Assembly: GCF_020745735.1 (NCBI RefSeq)
Contig: NC_083424.1
Span: 49,834,999 to 49,898,998, forward strand
Direction of reading: 5' to 3'
From: Hemiscyllium ocellatum
Lineage: Eukaryota
Length of the DNA: 64,000 bases
Shown here: piece by piece, positions 13,481 to 25,179 of the stretch
How positions within the stretch are numbered: the stretch's first letter is position 1
How the letters are laid out: each line of letters opens with the position of its first letter
Notes under the pieces: model-generated
The model's database searches: none
What the model was told of the DNA's origin: nothing
What the model saw: the letters and a program-made list of their open reading frames with translations, nothing else
Made by a program: the position numbers and the translations under genes

Positions 13481-13596
13481 CTGTTTAAAATAAATTAGGT
13501 TCATATGAGTAAAGGGACTGTGTCTTTTAAACAGGAGATTTCTTCAAAGATAATACAATTTAAAATATGTCCATTCATGGAATATAATAAATAGTC

Positions 13597-14262
13597 AAAG
13601 AGATGTACAGCATGGAACCATCCTGTTCATGCCGACCAGATATCCCAACCCAATCTAGTCCCACCTGCCAGCACCCGGCCCATATCCCTCCAAACCCTTC
13701 CTATTCCTATACCCATCCAAACGACTCTTAAATGTTGCAATTGTACCAGCCTCCACCACATCCTCTGGCAGCTCATTCCATACACGTTCCACACTCTGCG
13801 TGAAAAGGTTGCCCCTTACATCTCTTTTATATCTTTCCCCTCTCACCCTAAACCTATGCCCTCTAGTTCTGGACTCCCCGACCCCAGGGAAGAGACTTTG
13901 TCTATTTATCCTATCCATGCTCCTCATGATTTTATATACCTCTATAAGGTCACCCCTCAGCCTCCAACGCTCCAGGGAAAACAGCCCCAGCCTGTTCTGC
14001 CTCTCCCTATAGCTCAAATCCTCCAAACCTAGCAACATCCTTGTAAATCTTTTCTGAACTCTTTCAAGTTTCATAACATCTTTCCGATAGGAAGGAGACC
14101 AAAATTGCACCCAATATTCCAACAGTGGCCTAACCAATGTCCTGTACAGCCGCAACATGACCTCCCAACTCAATACGCCGACCAATAAAGGAAGGCATAT
14201 CAAACGCCTTCTTCACTATTCTATCTACCTGCGACTCCACTTTCAAGGAGCCATGCATGCAT
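13597..14262 (-). mobile_element. CR1 3' end, low divergence
   Basis: 182-aa ORF: LYRTLVRPLLEYWVQFWSPSYRKDV...FTQSVERVWNELPEDVVEAG. Confidence 0.92.
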
Positions 14263-14401
14263 TTCAGTAAATAGTTTAATTCAAGAAAGGTTGAAGGTGA
14301 CAGACTGGTTGGGTTTTCGTTTTGAAGAAGCAAAGCTGAGGTTCAATGATAAGCTGCAGTGATACATTGTGTCGGACCGAATTTACAGAAAACAAAACCA
14401 T

Positions 14402-14712
14402 GGGCGGCACGGTGGCACAGTGGTTAGCACTGCTGTCTCACAGCGCCTGAGACCCGGGTTCAATTCCTGACTCAGGCGACTGACTGTGTGGAGTTTGCAC
14501 GTTCTCCCCGTGTCTGCGTGGGTTTCCTCTGGGTGCTCTGGTTTCCTCCCACAGTCCAAAGATGTGTGGGTCAGGTGAATTGGCCATGCTAAATCGCCCG
14601 TAGTGTTAGGTAAGGGGTAAATGTAGGGGTTTGGGTGGGTTGCGCTTCGGCGGGTCAGTGTCGACTTGTTGGGCCGAAGGGCCTGTTTCCATACTGTAAG
14701 TAATCTAACCTA
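14402..14712 (+). mobile_element. HE1/V-SINE (tRNA-derived), full length
   Basis: A-box TGGCACAGTGG (14413), B-box GGTTCAATTCC (14457), V-domain core, CR1-like 3' end GGGCCGAAGGGCCTGTTTCC, TCTAA tail. Confidence 0.9.
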
Positions 14713-14949
14713 AAAAAAACAATTTATACCTTTTCTAGTTTCTTAATGGCAGGCAGAATAATGCAATATCTACAACACTTTATACAGCTCTATGGCTCTC
14801 TGTTGAGATATCAAGGTGCCGACAACCATTAAATAGCATTATGAAAACATGAACCTATGTTAAATTTGTTCTGAAGTGCTATCATGTGAAGAAATTGTGA
14901 TCCGTTTTATTATAAGTCAGCTTTTGCTCATGAAAAACAAGTAACTAAT

Positions 14950-15480
14950 GGACATCTCCCATCTCTCCTTGGCATTACGATGGCATTACATCCTTACTAA
15001 CAATAACCATTGGATTACAGTTGAGCAGATATTAAACTGGAACAGCCATATGCTTACAATAGCCACAGATGCAGGGCATAGACTTCCAGCGAAAAACGCA
15101 CTTTCCGATTCCCCTAAATCTTGTCAGCCATTCAAATGCAGCTTCAACATTACTCCAGCAGTTCCATACCAGGCACCCCATTTACCATTTTAAACACTGT
15201 ATCATGTACAAAATGTTTTGCAGCAATTCACCAAGGGTTGGACGACTGCATCCTCTACCATCCGGAAGGACATGGATAGCAGATATGCAGGTGTAAAATC
15301 ACCTGCAAGTTGCCTCCAAGGTACACGCCAACCTGTTCTGGAACCATATTACTGTTTATTAATTGTAGCTGTTTCTAACTGCAGAAGCTCCCTCTACGTT
15401 TACACCCCAGGAACACACCCTCATGAAATCTGCTTGCCACCACATTCTCCAGATCAATTAGGGATGGGGAATGGATGCTA
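14950..15480 (+). mobile_element. L2-like LINE fragment
   Basis: Similar to 36300-36480 and 12790-13105. Confidence 0.5.
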
Positions 15481-15711
15481 ATCGAGCTAGTGACACCGCC
15501 TTACACCAGCCTCCTCCACCCCTTCATGCCCCACACTCTCCTAACCCCCACCCCGCCACATATACAGACACATCGCACGAAAGAATGAGTGATTAAGAAG
15601 ACATTTTTAATCCTGAAATCAACAGAGATGCCAACAGAAAAGTATAAATAGATTGTCCGCCCTGTGGCAGCCGTTTTACTCCTCCAACAAATCTTTAAAT
15701 CTCACGATTTG

Positions 15712-15826
15712 GAGATGCCGTTGGTGGACTGGGGTGTACAAAGTTAAAAATCACACAACACCAGGTTGTAGTCTAACAGGTTTAATTGGAAGCACTAGCT
15801 TTCGGAGCGCCGTTCCTTCATCAGAG
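15712..15826 (-). mobile_element. PLE terminal repeat family B
   Basis: Minus strand CTGATGAAGGAACGGCGCTCCGAAAGCTAGTG (one stem II mismatch). Confidence 0.7.
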
Positions 15827-15989
15827 GTGAAGGTTTGTAATTATTAGATGCAACAACTAATTTTCTTGTCCAGTCTTGATTTTTATTGTTTCAGCTAGTG
15901 ACATCCTCCTTGTTCATCCGAATATTAGATTGAGTACTGTTGGTGCTCCCCAAATTGCCTTGTTGGGTGAGCTAACTCAGGAACGTTTC

Positions 15990-17765
15990 CTGCCCCCGGG
16001 AGTAGCCAAGAGTAGTGGGAAACAGGAAGATTGGGAACACTTTAAAAAGCAACAAAGAACCAAGAAGCAAGAAATAAAGAAAGGAAAGATAGATTATGAA
16101 TGCAAACTGGCGCAGGATATAAAAACAGGTAAGAAATGTTGTTGTAAATTTATGAAATGGAAAAGGATTGCTAAAGTGAGTGTAGATCTCTTGCAGGATG
16201 AGAAATGGGAATTAATATTAGAGTCCTAGGGTGCTGAAAGAAATGGTGGAAGTTATAATAAATGCGTTAGTGGTAATTTATCAAAATTTACTGGACTCCA
16301 GGCAGGTCCCGGCAAACCCGAAAACAGCAAATGTCACGCAGCAGTTTTAAGAAGGGTGCAAGCAAAAGGAAGGTAACTGTGAGCCAGTTAGCTTAACATC
16401 TGTAGTCAGGAAAATGTTGGAGGCTATCGTTGAAGAGGAAATAGTGAGACATCTGGATGGAAAATGTTCCATCAGGCAGACACAGCATGGATTCTGGAAG
16501 GGGAGGTCATGTTTGACAAACTTGCTGGGGTTCTTTGAGGATGTAACAAGTGTGGATGGAGGAGAACGGGTTGATGTTCTGTACTTGGATTTCCAGAAGG
16601 CGTTTGATAAGGTGCCACATAAAAAAACTCATCCATGAGATAAGAATGTATGGAGTTGTGGGAATGTACTAGCATAGATAGAGGACTGGTTAACCAATAG
16701 AAAGCAGAGAATTGGGATAAATGTTTCTCTGGTTGGAGATCAGTCCTGAGCAGAGTGCCACAGGGGTCAGTGTTGGGCCCACTGCTGTTCATGATTTGGA
16801 AGAGGAAACTGAGTGTAATGTATCCAAGTTTGCTAATGACACTAAATTGAGTGGAAAGGCAAACTGTGCAGAGGATGATTTTAGATAGGTTAATTGAGAG
16901 GGCATGGGTCTGGCAGATGGAGTACAATGTTGGTTAATGTGAGGTTATCCATTTTGGGAGTAAAAATACTCGGTCAGATCATTAATTAAAGAGTGAAGGA
17001 TTACAGCATGCTGTTGTGCAGAGGGACTTAGGAGTGTTCATACATGAATCGCTGAAAGTTGAGTTGCAGGTGCAACAGGTAATCAGGAAGGCAAGTGAAA
17101 TATTGGCTTTCATTGTGAGAGGGAGGTACTGCTGCAATTGTACAAAATGTCGGTGAAGCTCCCACCTGGAGCCACTCCCCCATCCCCACCCCCCCTTCCC
17201 ACCTGGAGTATTGTGTGCACTGGAGTATTATGTGCAGTTCTGGTCTCCTTACTTGAGTAAGGATACACTTGCTTTGGAGGTGGTGCAGGGGAGGTTCACC
17301 AGGTTGATTCCAGAGATGAGGGAGTTACACTATGAAGTGAGGTTGAGCTGCCTGGAGCTGTACTTGCTAGAATTTAGGAGACTGAGAGGAGATCTTATAG
17401 AAACACATAAAATTGTGAAAGGGATAGATAAGATAGAGGCAGGCATGTTGTTTCCATTAGTGGGTGAGACACGGACTAGGGGAAATGGCCTCAAGATTAT
17501 GAGGAGTAGATTTACGACAGTGGTAAGGATGAACAGCTTTTCCCAAAGAGTAGTGAATCTATGGAATTCTCTGCCCAAGGAAGCAGTAGAGGCAGCTTCA
17601 ATTAAATATATTCAGGACACAGTTGGATGGTTTTTCTATGGTAGGGAAATTAAGGGTTATGGTGATGATGCAGGAGCTGAGACAATGAATAAATCAGCCA
17701 TAATCTTAATGAATGGCAGAGCGGGCTCGACAAGCCAAATGGCCTACTCCTGCTTCTATTACTGT
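15990..17765 (+). mobile_element. Degenerate CR1 ORF2
   Basis: QTQHGFWKGRSCLTNLLGFFEDVT..VDVLYLDFQKAFDKVPH; YYVQFWSPYLSKD..FSQRVVNLWNSLP. Confidence 0.9.
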
Positions 17766-18034
17766 GAAACTATTAAACAATGACTGGGAACAGGTTCTGA
17801 GATGTCACAAAGCCCTCAGAATCTGGGTCTGAAATTTGGGACCACGGTTTCAGTATTTCTGTATTGGGAATTTGTGCCCCGAGTTGTGGGAATACACTCA
17901 AGCAAAGAGCACACTGTAGGTTAAAGCTTTGCACTTGGTTTCTAATTATCATTAAGAGAAAAAACAAACCTACGGGAATACTTGCAGTAAACCTTCAGAA
18001 CAAATCACACGCCAGATTCAAAGTATCTGAAACT

Positions 18035-18690
18035 AGGCATGAATGCTCTGCTCACCATCACAAGGATCGGTGCTGGGTCTACTGTTTTTGGTCATTTATA
18101 TAAATGATTTGGATGTGAACATAGGTGGTGTAGTTAGTAAGTTTGCAGATGACACCAAAATTGGAGGTGTTGTGGACAGTGAGGAGTACAACAGGATGTT
18201 GATGCTATGGGCTAATGAGTGGCAGATGGAGTTCAATTTGGATAAATGTAAGGTCCTGTGTTTTGGGAAAACAAATCAGGGCAGGACTTATATAATTACT
18301 GTTGAGAGTGTGTTGCTGGAAAAGCACAGCGGGTCAGGCAACATTCAAACAACAGGAAAGTCAATGTTTTGGGTCGGAGCCTTTCATCATTCATCATGAA
18401 ACACACTCTCAACTCGGATCTGCAGCATCTGCAAACCTCACTATCTCTTTGTAAACTTAATGGTAAGATTCTGGGGAGTGTTGCTGAACAAAGAGACCTT
18501 GGACTACATAGTTCCTTGAAAGTGGAGTCACAAGCAAAGAGGGTAGTGAACAAGGCATTTGGTATGCTTTCGTTAAGTCGCATGTAGGTAGGATAACAAA
18601 GTAGGCATTTGGTATGCTTTCCTTTATTTGACAAAGCACTGAGTATCGCAGTTGGGAGGTCATGCTGTGGCTGTACAGGACATTGATTAA
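18035..18690 (+). mobile_element. CR1 RT fragment with an inverted PLE repeat pair inserted (~18309-18447)
   Basis: QGSVLGLLFLVIYINDLD..FADDTKIGGVVD; insert has family A halves in opposite orientations. Confidence 0.75.
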
Positions 18691-19499
18691 CTGATGTGAA
18701 CCAGCTGAAAACAAGTTTCTCCCTATTTGCTATTCATCATTGTTTATTGGATAATGTTATTGATACATCCAATTAAATGACAGAATTTGCTGGCTAATCA
18801 AGCAATATCCCACTTTTCATGGATTGGACTCACTAACCTGGACAAAGAAGGTGTGTGGCTTTGGAAAGATGTGGAAAGCTCTTTAAGTATGAGAATGAAA
18901 GTAAATAGTGAGCGAATATTGGCACACAGTTTTGGTTTTGATAACTAAGTACCAGAAGTCAACTTAACTTGGTGCCAAGCCAGGCAGTAGCAGGTTTCTA
19001 GACTAAATCGATGAGAGCTGTCTATTGTGGTCTAATGGCCAACATATGTGGATTCATTGCACCCATATCCAGAGTCAGTGTGTGATGTGCTTGGTGGACA
19101 CAGCAGTAAGTCTTGCAATGACTTGAAAACTGAGGGAGACAGCACAAAGGCTTTTGGAAATTACACAGGAGGTTCTAATGGAAAAGGTCCAGGAGGATGT
19201 CTGAGATCAATTAGAGGGAAGCATACCAACTAGCTTTCCTCATTGTCCTTGTCCTACTGTCCCACAATCCTATAGTGGCTGCTTTTCCTGGTCTCATGTC
19301 CTCTTCTCAATCTTCATCCACACCAAAATAGGTCTAAAAGAAACCGCCTGGAATACATACCCTGTTTCCTGAGGTTTCACAAGGTGTTCAGTACAATGGA
19401 ATAATGCAGCACTTGCTCTTTATTTTTAGAGAAATTCTCAGAAAATTCACAATGGAGCTTATTCAAGGAACAGTTACTGTGGATTCTTGATAAGTGTGT

Positions 19500-21345
19500 A
19501 CTGTTGAGGCAGGGAAGAAGTTGTCGAACACGGGAGCTGTGGTCTACTGTAGAAGTTGAATCTCTCTTCATTAGATGGCTGGAGAGTTACAAGTTAGCCA
19601 GGAAAGACCTAAAGAGAGAGCTAAGAAGAGCCAGGAGAGTGCGTGAGAAGTTGTTGGTGGATAGGATCAAGGAAAATCATAAGGCTTTCTATAGGTATAT
19701 CAGAATGACTAGAGTAAGATTAGGTCCAATCACGGAAATTAGTGGGAAGTTGTGTGTGGAGTCAAAGGAGATGGGGAAGCACTAAATGAATACTTTTTGT
19801 CAGAATTCACACTGGAAAAAGACAATGTTGTCGAGGAGAATACGGAGATACAGGCTACTAGACTAGATGGGATTGAGGTTCACAAGGAGGAGGGGTTAGC
19901 AATTCTGGAAAGTGTAAAAATAGACAAATCCCTGGGCCAGATGGGATTTCTCCCATGATTCTCTTGGAAGCCAGGGAGGACATTGCTGAGCCTTTGGCTT
20001 TGATCTTTATATTGTCATTGTCTACAGGAAAAGTGCCAGAAGTCTGGAGGTTAGCAGATGTTGTTCCCTTATTCAAGAAGGGGAGTAAAGACACCCCTGG
20101 TAATTACAGACCAGTGAGCCTTATTTTGGTTGTGGGTAAAGTGATGGAAAGGGTTATATGAGATAGGATTTATAATTGTCTAGAAAGGAATAAGTTGATT
20201 AGGGGCAGTCATTGCGGTTTTGTGAAGGGTAGGTCACACCTCACAAACCTGTTCTGTGAGAAGGTGACCAAACAAATCGATGAGGGTAAAGCGGTTGATG
20301 TGGTGTGTATGGATTTCAGTAAGGCATTTGATAAGGTTCCCCAAGATAGGCTATTGCATAAAATACAGAGGCAAGGGATTGAGGGTGATTTAGTAGTTTA
20401 GATCAGAAATTGGCTAGCTAAAAGAAGACAGAGGGTGGTAGTTGATAGGAAATACTCAACCTGGAGTTCAGTTACTCATGGTGTACCGCAAGGATTTCTT
20501 TTGGGGTCACTGCTGTTTGCCATTTTTATAAATGACCTGGATGAGGGCATAGAAAGATGAGTTAGTAAATTTATGGATGTCACTAAGGTCGGCAGAGTTG
20601 TGGATAATGACGAAGCATGTTGTAGGTTACAGAGGGACATAGATAAGCTGCAGAGCTGGGCTGAGAGGTGGCAAATGGAGTTTAATGTGGAAAAATGTGA
20701 GATGATTCACTTTGGAAGGAGCAAGAGAAATGCAGAGTACTGGGCTAATAGTAAGATTCTTGGTAGTGTAGATGAGCAGAGAGATCTCGGTGTCCATGCA
20801 CATAGATCCCTGAAAGTTCCCACCCACGTTGATAGGGTTGTTAAGAAGGCATACGGTGTGTTAGCTTTTATTGGTAGAGGGATTAAATTTCAAACTGAGG
20901 TCATCCTGCAGCTGAACAAAACTCTGGTGGGGCTGCAGTTGGAGTATTGCATACAGTTCTGGTCACCAAATTATAGGAAGGATGTGAAAGCTTTGGAAAA
21001 GGTTCAGAGGAGATTTACTAGATCCCTGGTATACAGGGAAGGTCTTATGAGGGAAGACTAAGAGGTGACTTAATTGAGGCATATAAGATAATCAAAGGGT
21101 TAGATTGGTTGGACAGTAAGAGCCTTTTTCCTCAGATGGCAATGGCTAGCACGAGGGGACATAGCTTTCAGTTGAGAGGTGATAGATATAGGACACATGT
21201 CAGAGGTAGTTTCTTTACTCAGAGAATAGTAGTGGCGTGGAATGCACTGTCTGCAACCATAATAGACTTGCCAACTTTAAGGGCATTTGAATGGTCATTG
21301 GATAGGCATATGGACAAGAATGGAATAGTGTAGGTTAGATGGGCT
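19500..21345 (+). mobile_element. Degenerate CR1 ORF2 to 3' end
   Basis: VPLFKKGSKDTPGNYRPVSL, CMDFSKAFDKVP, WQMEFNVEKC, YCIQFWSPNYRKDV. Confidence 0.9.
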
Positions 21346-22347
21346 TCAGATTGGTTTCTCAGCAGATATTCTAGGTAACACACAACTCATTAAAAAACAC
21401 TAGATGAATATTCCCGACATAGGCTTCAGCTGCTTTCCCAAGTATATGGGCTAAACCTAACCAATTTTTGTCTAAATCTCATTTTCAGAAAGTTGACCAG
21501 GGGAATAAGATATTTAGCAATGACTAGGAATGTACACCTATTTCTTATGTTTGTATGAAATGAGATTGCAATTTATGAGATGCCTATGTGATGAAAATAG
21601 TAATGAAACTACTGAGGTTTTCTTTCCTGTTCAGAAAATATTCTAGCTAGTGTAGAGTACACTCTGCATTCATTTAATTGAATGACTGTAAGCTTGTGCT
21701 CAGATTCCTGTGATATGACAATGAACCACAGCTAGCTGAAGCATATGCTGTCTGAACCAAAAATGTTGCCACATTTTCAAGCACCATTTAATAATGCTCC
21801 CAATCTTGAAGTGTGATGCTGTTTACTTTGAATCTTCCAGAGTTTTGGAGTAGCTGTGTCCCTAACCCACTCTATATCAGATACTGACAGAACATCAGTT
21901 GTACTTGTGCTATGGGCTCTGACTTCATCAAAGTCTTAAACCTCAGAAATAATCGCTTAGTCTGTTGAAGATATGGGAATTTCATTTTGAACCTGATTGA
22001 AGCAAGTATTTGAGTCTGCTGAAGATATTTTCCTAATCAACCTGCAATACGTAATGATACATCTCTTGAACCCAGACGTTCTGACTAAGAGGTAAGGGCA
22101 CTACCATTGTATCACAAGAGTCCCTCAATTCCAATGTTATACTGAGGAAATTTCTGATTTAAGCTCTGCAGGGCTTGACCAGGAAGTTTAGCGATCTGCA
22201 GAACTAATTTTAGTTTATATAGGCACTTCTTCTAAACTTACTCTGAAACAAATTCAAAAATAAGGACAGATTCTATATCAAAATTAGAACACCAGAAACT
22301 GGCTGGTAATTGTGGCGTTTTACAATCAGTAATTCCCCTCCCCTCAA

Positions 22348-22366
22348 TGACCACTAGAGGGAGCCA
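22348..22366 (+). promoter_or_regulatory. Candidate CTCF site
   Basis: TGACCACTAGAGGGAGCCA closely fits the CTCF core CCASYAGRKGGCRS; motif only. Confidence 0.45.
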
Positions 22367-22787
22367 GACTCTAGGAAATGGAAGGAGTAAATGACTGTAG
22401 ATGCTGGATTTAGTACTGAAAACAACAAATGTGAGAGATCACAGCAGGTCAGACAGCATCCATGGAGAGAAAGAAAGCGAATATTTCGATCTAGATGTCC
22501 CTTTCTTAGAGCTGAAGTGAATTATGGAGGGGACAGCATTTATGCTATAGTCTGGGGGTGGTTGTGGGAGTAGTGGGTATAGGAGAAAAGAAGGGGGAGA
22601 AAATATGTTGACAGTTCAGATTCAGTAATCAGAATGTGAGAATGGCAGAGCAATGGTGTATCTAACTGACAGACTGGAAAGAACAGGCAGTCCCACTGGG
22701 GTAGAGAGAGGGGAGAGAGGACATGATAACAGAATGGAGCATATAAAGCTAAAAGGGAAGAAATGGGAAATGGTTCACAATTTGAAG

Positions 22788-24134
22788 GTAAAAAATGAGG
22801 TCTGCAGATGCTGGAGATCACAGTTGAAAAAGTGTTGCTGGTTAAAGCACAGCAGGTTAGGCAGCATCCAAGGAATAGGAAATTCGACGTTTCGGGCATA
22901 AGCCCTTCATCAGGAATGAGGAGAGTGTGCCAAGCAGGCTAAGATAAAAGGTAGGGAGGAGGGACTTGGGGGAGGGGCGATGGAGATGTGATAGGTGGAA
23001 GGAGGTCAAGGTGAGGGTGATAGGCCGGAGTGCGGTGGGGGCGGAGACGTTAGGAAGAAGATTGCAGGTTAGGAGGGCGGTGCTGAGTTGAGGGAACCGA
23101 CTGAGACAAGGTGGGGGGAGGGGAAATGAGGAAACTGGAGAAATCTGAGTTCATTCCTTGTGGTTGGAGGGTTCCCAGGCGGAAGATGAGGCGCTCCTCC
23201 TCCAGCCGTCGTGTTGTTATGTTCTGCCAGTGGAGGAGTCCAAGGACCTGCATGTCCTCGGTGGAGTGGGAGGGAGAGTTAAAGTGTTGAGCCACGGGGT
23301 GGTTGGGTTGGTTGGTCAGGGCGTCCCTGAGGTGTTCTCTGAAGCGTTCCACAAGTAAGCGGCCCGTCTCACCAATGTAGAGGAGGCCACATCGGGTGCA
23401 GCGGATGCAATAGATGATGTGTGTGGAGGTGCAGGTGAACTTGTGGCGGATATGGAAGGATCCCTTGGGGCCTTGGAGGGAAGTAAGGGAGGAGGTGTGG
23501 GCGCAAGTTTTACATTTCCTGCAGTTGCAGGGGAAGGTGCCGGGAGTGGAGGTTGGGTTGGTGGGGGGTGTGGACCTGACGAGGGAGTCACGAAGGGAGT
23601 GGTCTTTGCTGAACGCTGATAGGGGAGGGGAGGGAAATATATCCCTGGTGGTGGGGTCCGTTTGGAGGTGGCGGAAATGACGGCGGATGATACGTTGTAT
23701 ACGGAGGTTGGTGGGGTGGTAGGTGAGAACCAGTGGGGTTCTGTCGGTGGCGGTTGAAGGAGCGGGGCTCAAGGGCGGAGGAGCGGGAAGTGGAGGAGAT
23801 GCAGTGGAGGGCATCGTCAATCACGTTTGGGGGGAATCTGCGGTCCTTGAAGAAGGAGGCCATCTGGGCTGTGCGGTGTTGGAACTGGTCCTCCTGGGAG
23901 CAGATGCGGCGGAGATGAAGGAATTGGGAATATGGAATGGCGTTTTTACAGGGGGCAGGGTGGGAGGAGGTGTAGTCCAGGTAGCTGTGGGAGTCAGTCG
24001 GTTTATAGTAGATGTCTGTGTTGAGTCGGTCGCCTGAGATAGAAATGGAAAGGTCTAGGAAGGGGAGGGAGGAGTCTGAGACAGTCCAGGTGAATTTGAG
24101 GTCGGGATGGAAGGTGTTAGTAAAGTTGATGAAC
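22788..24134 (-). mobile_element. Penelope-like element, 5'-truncated (RT thumb + GIY-YIG + terminal repeat), relatively young
   Basis: Minus strand: FHPDLKFTW..LPFLDL..YYKPTDSHSYLDYTSSHP..IPYSQFL; after one frameshift CKTC..FTCTSTHIIYCIRCTRCGLLYIGETGR..RFREH..HPVAQHFN..RRLEEERLIFRLGTLQPQGMN; TTGAAGG(T) on both flanks. Confidence 0.93.
22882..22917 (-). ncRNA. Minimal type I hammerhead ribozyme motif (best-preserved copy)
   Basis: AUUC-CUGAUGA-A-GGGC-UUAU-GCCC-GAA-ACGU-C-GAAU: 4-bp stem I, 4-bp stem II, complete core, palindromic stem III; lies in the PLE 3' terminal repeat. Confidence 0.8.
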
Positions 24135-25179
24135 TGAAGATGTTGAAGGTGTTGAACTCAATATAGTGTTAAGTCCAGAAGGTTGTAAGATGCCTAGTCT
24201 AAGATGAGATGTTGTTCTCCAGTTTGCGTTGTGATTTTTATTGGAGCACTGCAGCATGCCAAGGACAGACTGCCTTCCATTTCTTTTAGCTTTACTCTGT
24301 CATCATGTTCTTTTGTACCTTCCCCTGACCCCAGTGGGACTGTCTGTTCTTTCCAGTTAGAGACAAAAAAAAACTGCAGATGCTGGAATCTAAAATAGAC
24401 AGACAGGAGAACACAGCAAGCCAGGCAGCATCAGAAGGTGGAGAAGTCGACATTTCAGGTATAACCCTTCTTTGGGTCCCAAAATGTCAACTTCTCCACC
24501 TCCTGATGCTGCCTGGTTTGCTGTGTTCTTCCAGCCTCCTGCCTGTTCTTTCTAGTCTGGCAGTTAGACATACCATTCATTGTTCTGCCCTTCTCACATT
24601 CCAGTCACTTAATCTGAACTATCAACATCCTTTCTCTCCAAGCACCACACTGCCATTACCGCCCCTGACCAAACTATAGCATCAATGCTGTCCCCTCCAC
24701 ACCTCATTTCACTTTAACTCTGGTGAAGAGTCACCTAGACTCAAAATGTTAGCTTGCTTTCTCTCATGGATACTGTCTGATTTGCTGCGATCTCCAGCAT
24801 TTGTTGTTTTCAATCCAGGAAATAGAATCCACTTTGACCTCCAGCTAAAGGAGGAAAATCAGGCAAGAATAATTTCTTCACCATAATCATCTAAATCCTT
24901 TCTTCGCATAGCTAGGGTGGTAATTTCCAGAGGTATAAAGGTCCTGGTGAATTTCCTCTGGAAATATTCCCCTTACCATGAAATGTAAGGGGGTTGTCTT
25001 CACTGAACGGTTGAACCAAAACATTAAATGAGATTATTTAAGTTTTAAGTATGCATGAATTTGTCATAAAATAGCTAGCAATCTATTTATACAAAGAATA
25101 TAAAATACCCAGCGAAATAAATCTTGCAAACGAAATGTAATTAGTTCTTACTTCTGAGAGAGAATTCTGCATATCGGGG

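Larger units (their letters stand above)
22391..24815 (-). mobile_element. Older PLE remnant (22391-22787, 24135-24270) with an inverted tail (24280-24815), split by a younger PLE
   Basis: Segments match 34187-34880; degenerate hammerhead CTGGTGAAGAGTCACCTAGACTCAAAATGTT at ~24719; further inverted repeat pair at ~24361-24550. Confidence 0.6.

Noticed and set aside
18553-18622. 20-bp local duplication in CR1; also a 16-bp duplication at ~56948-56984 and (GT)n at ~45026-45043
   Set aside because: Ordinary slippage products with no further structure.
23316-24037. Pro-rich and Gly-rich ORFs in alternative frames (also 11117-11916)
   Set aside because: By-products of the C-rich strand bias of the Penelope ORF.
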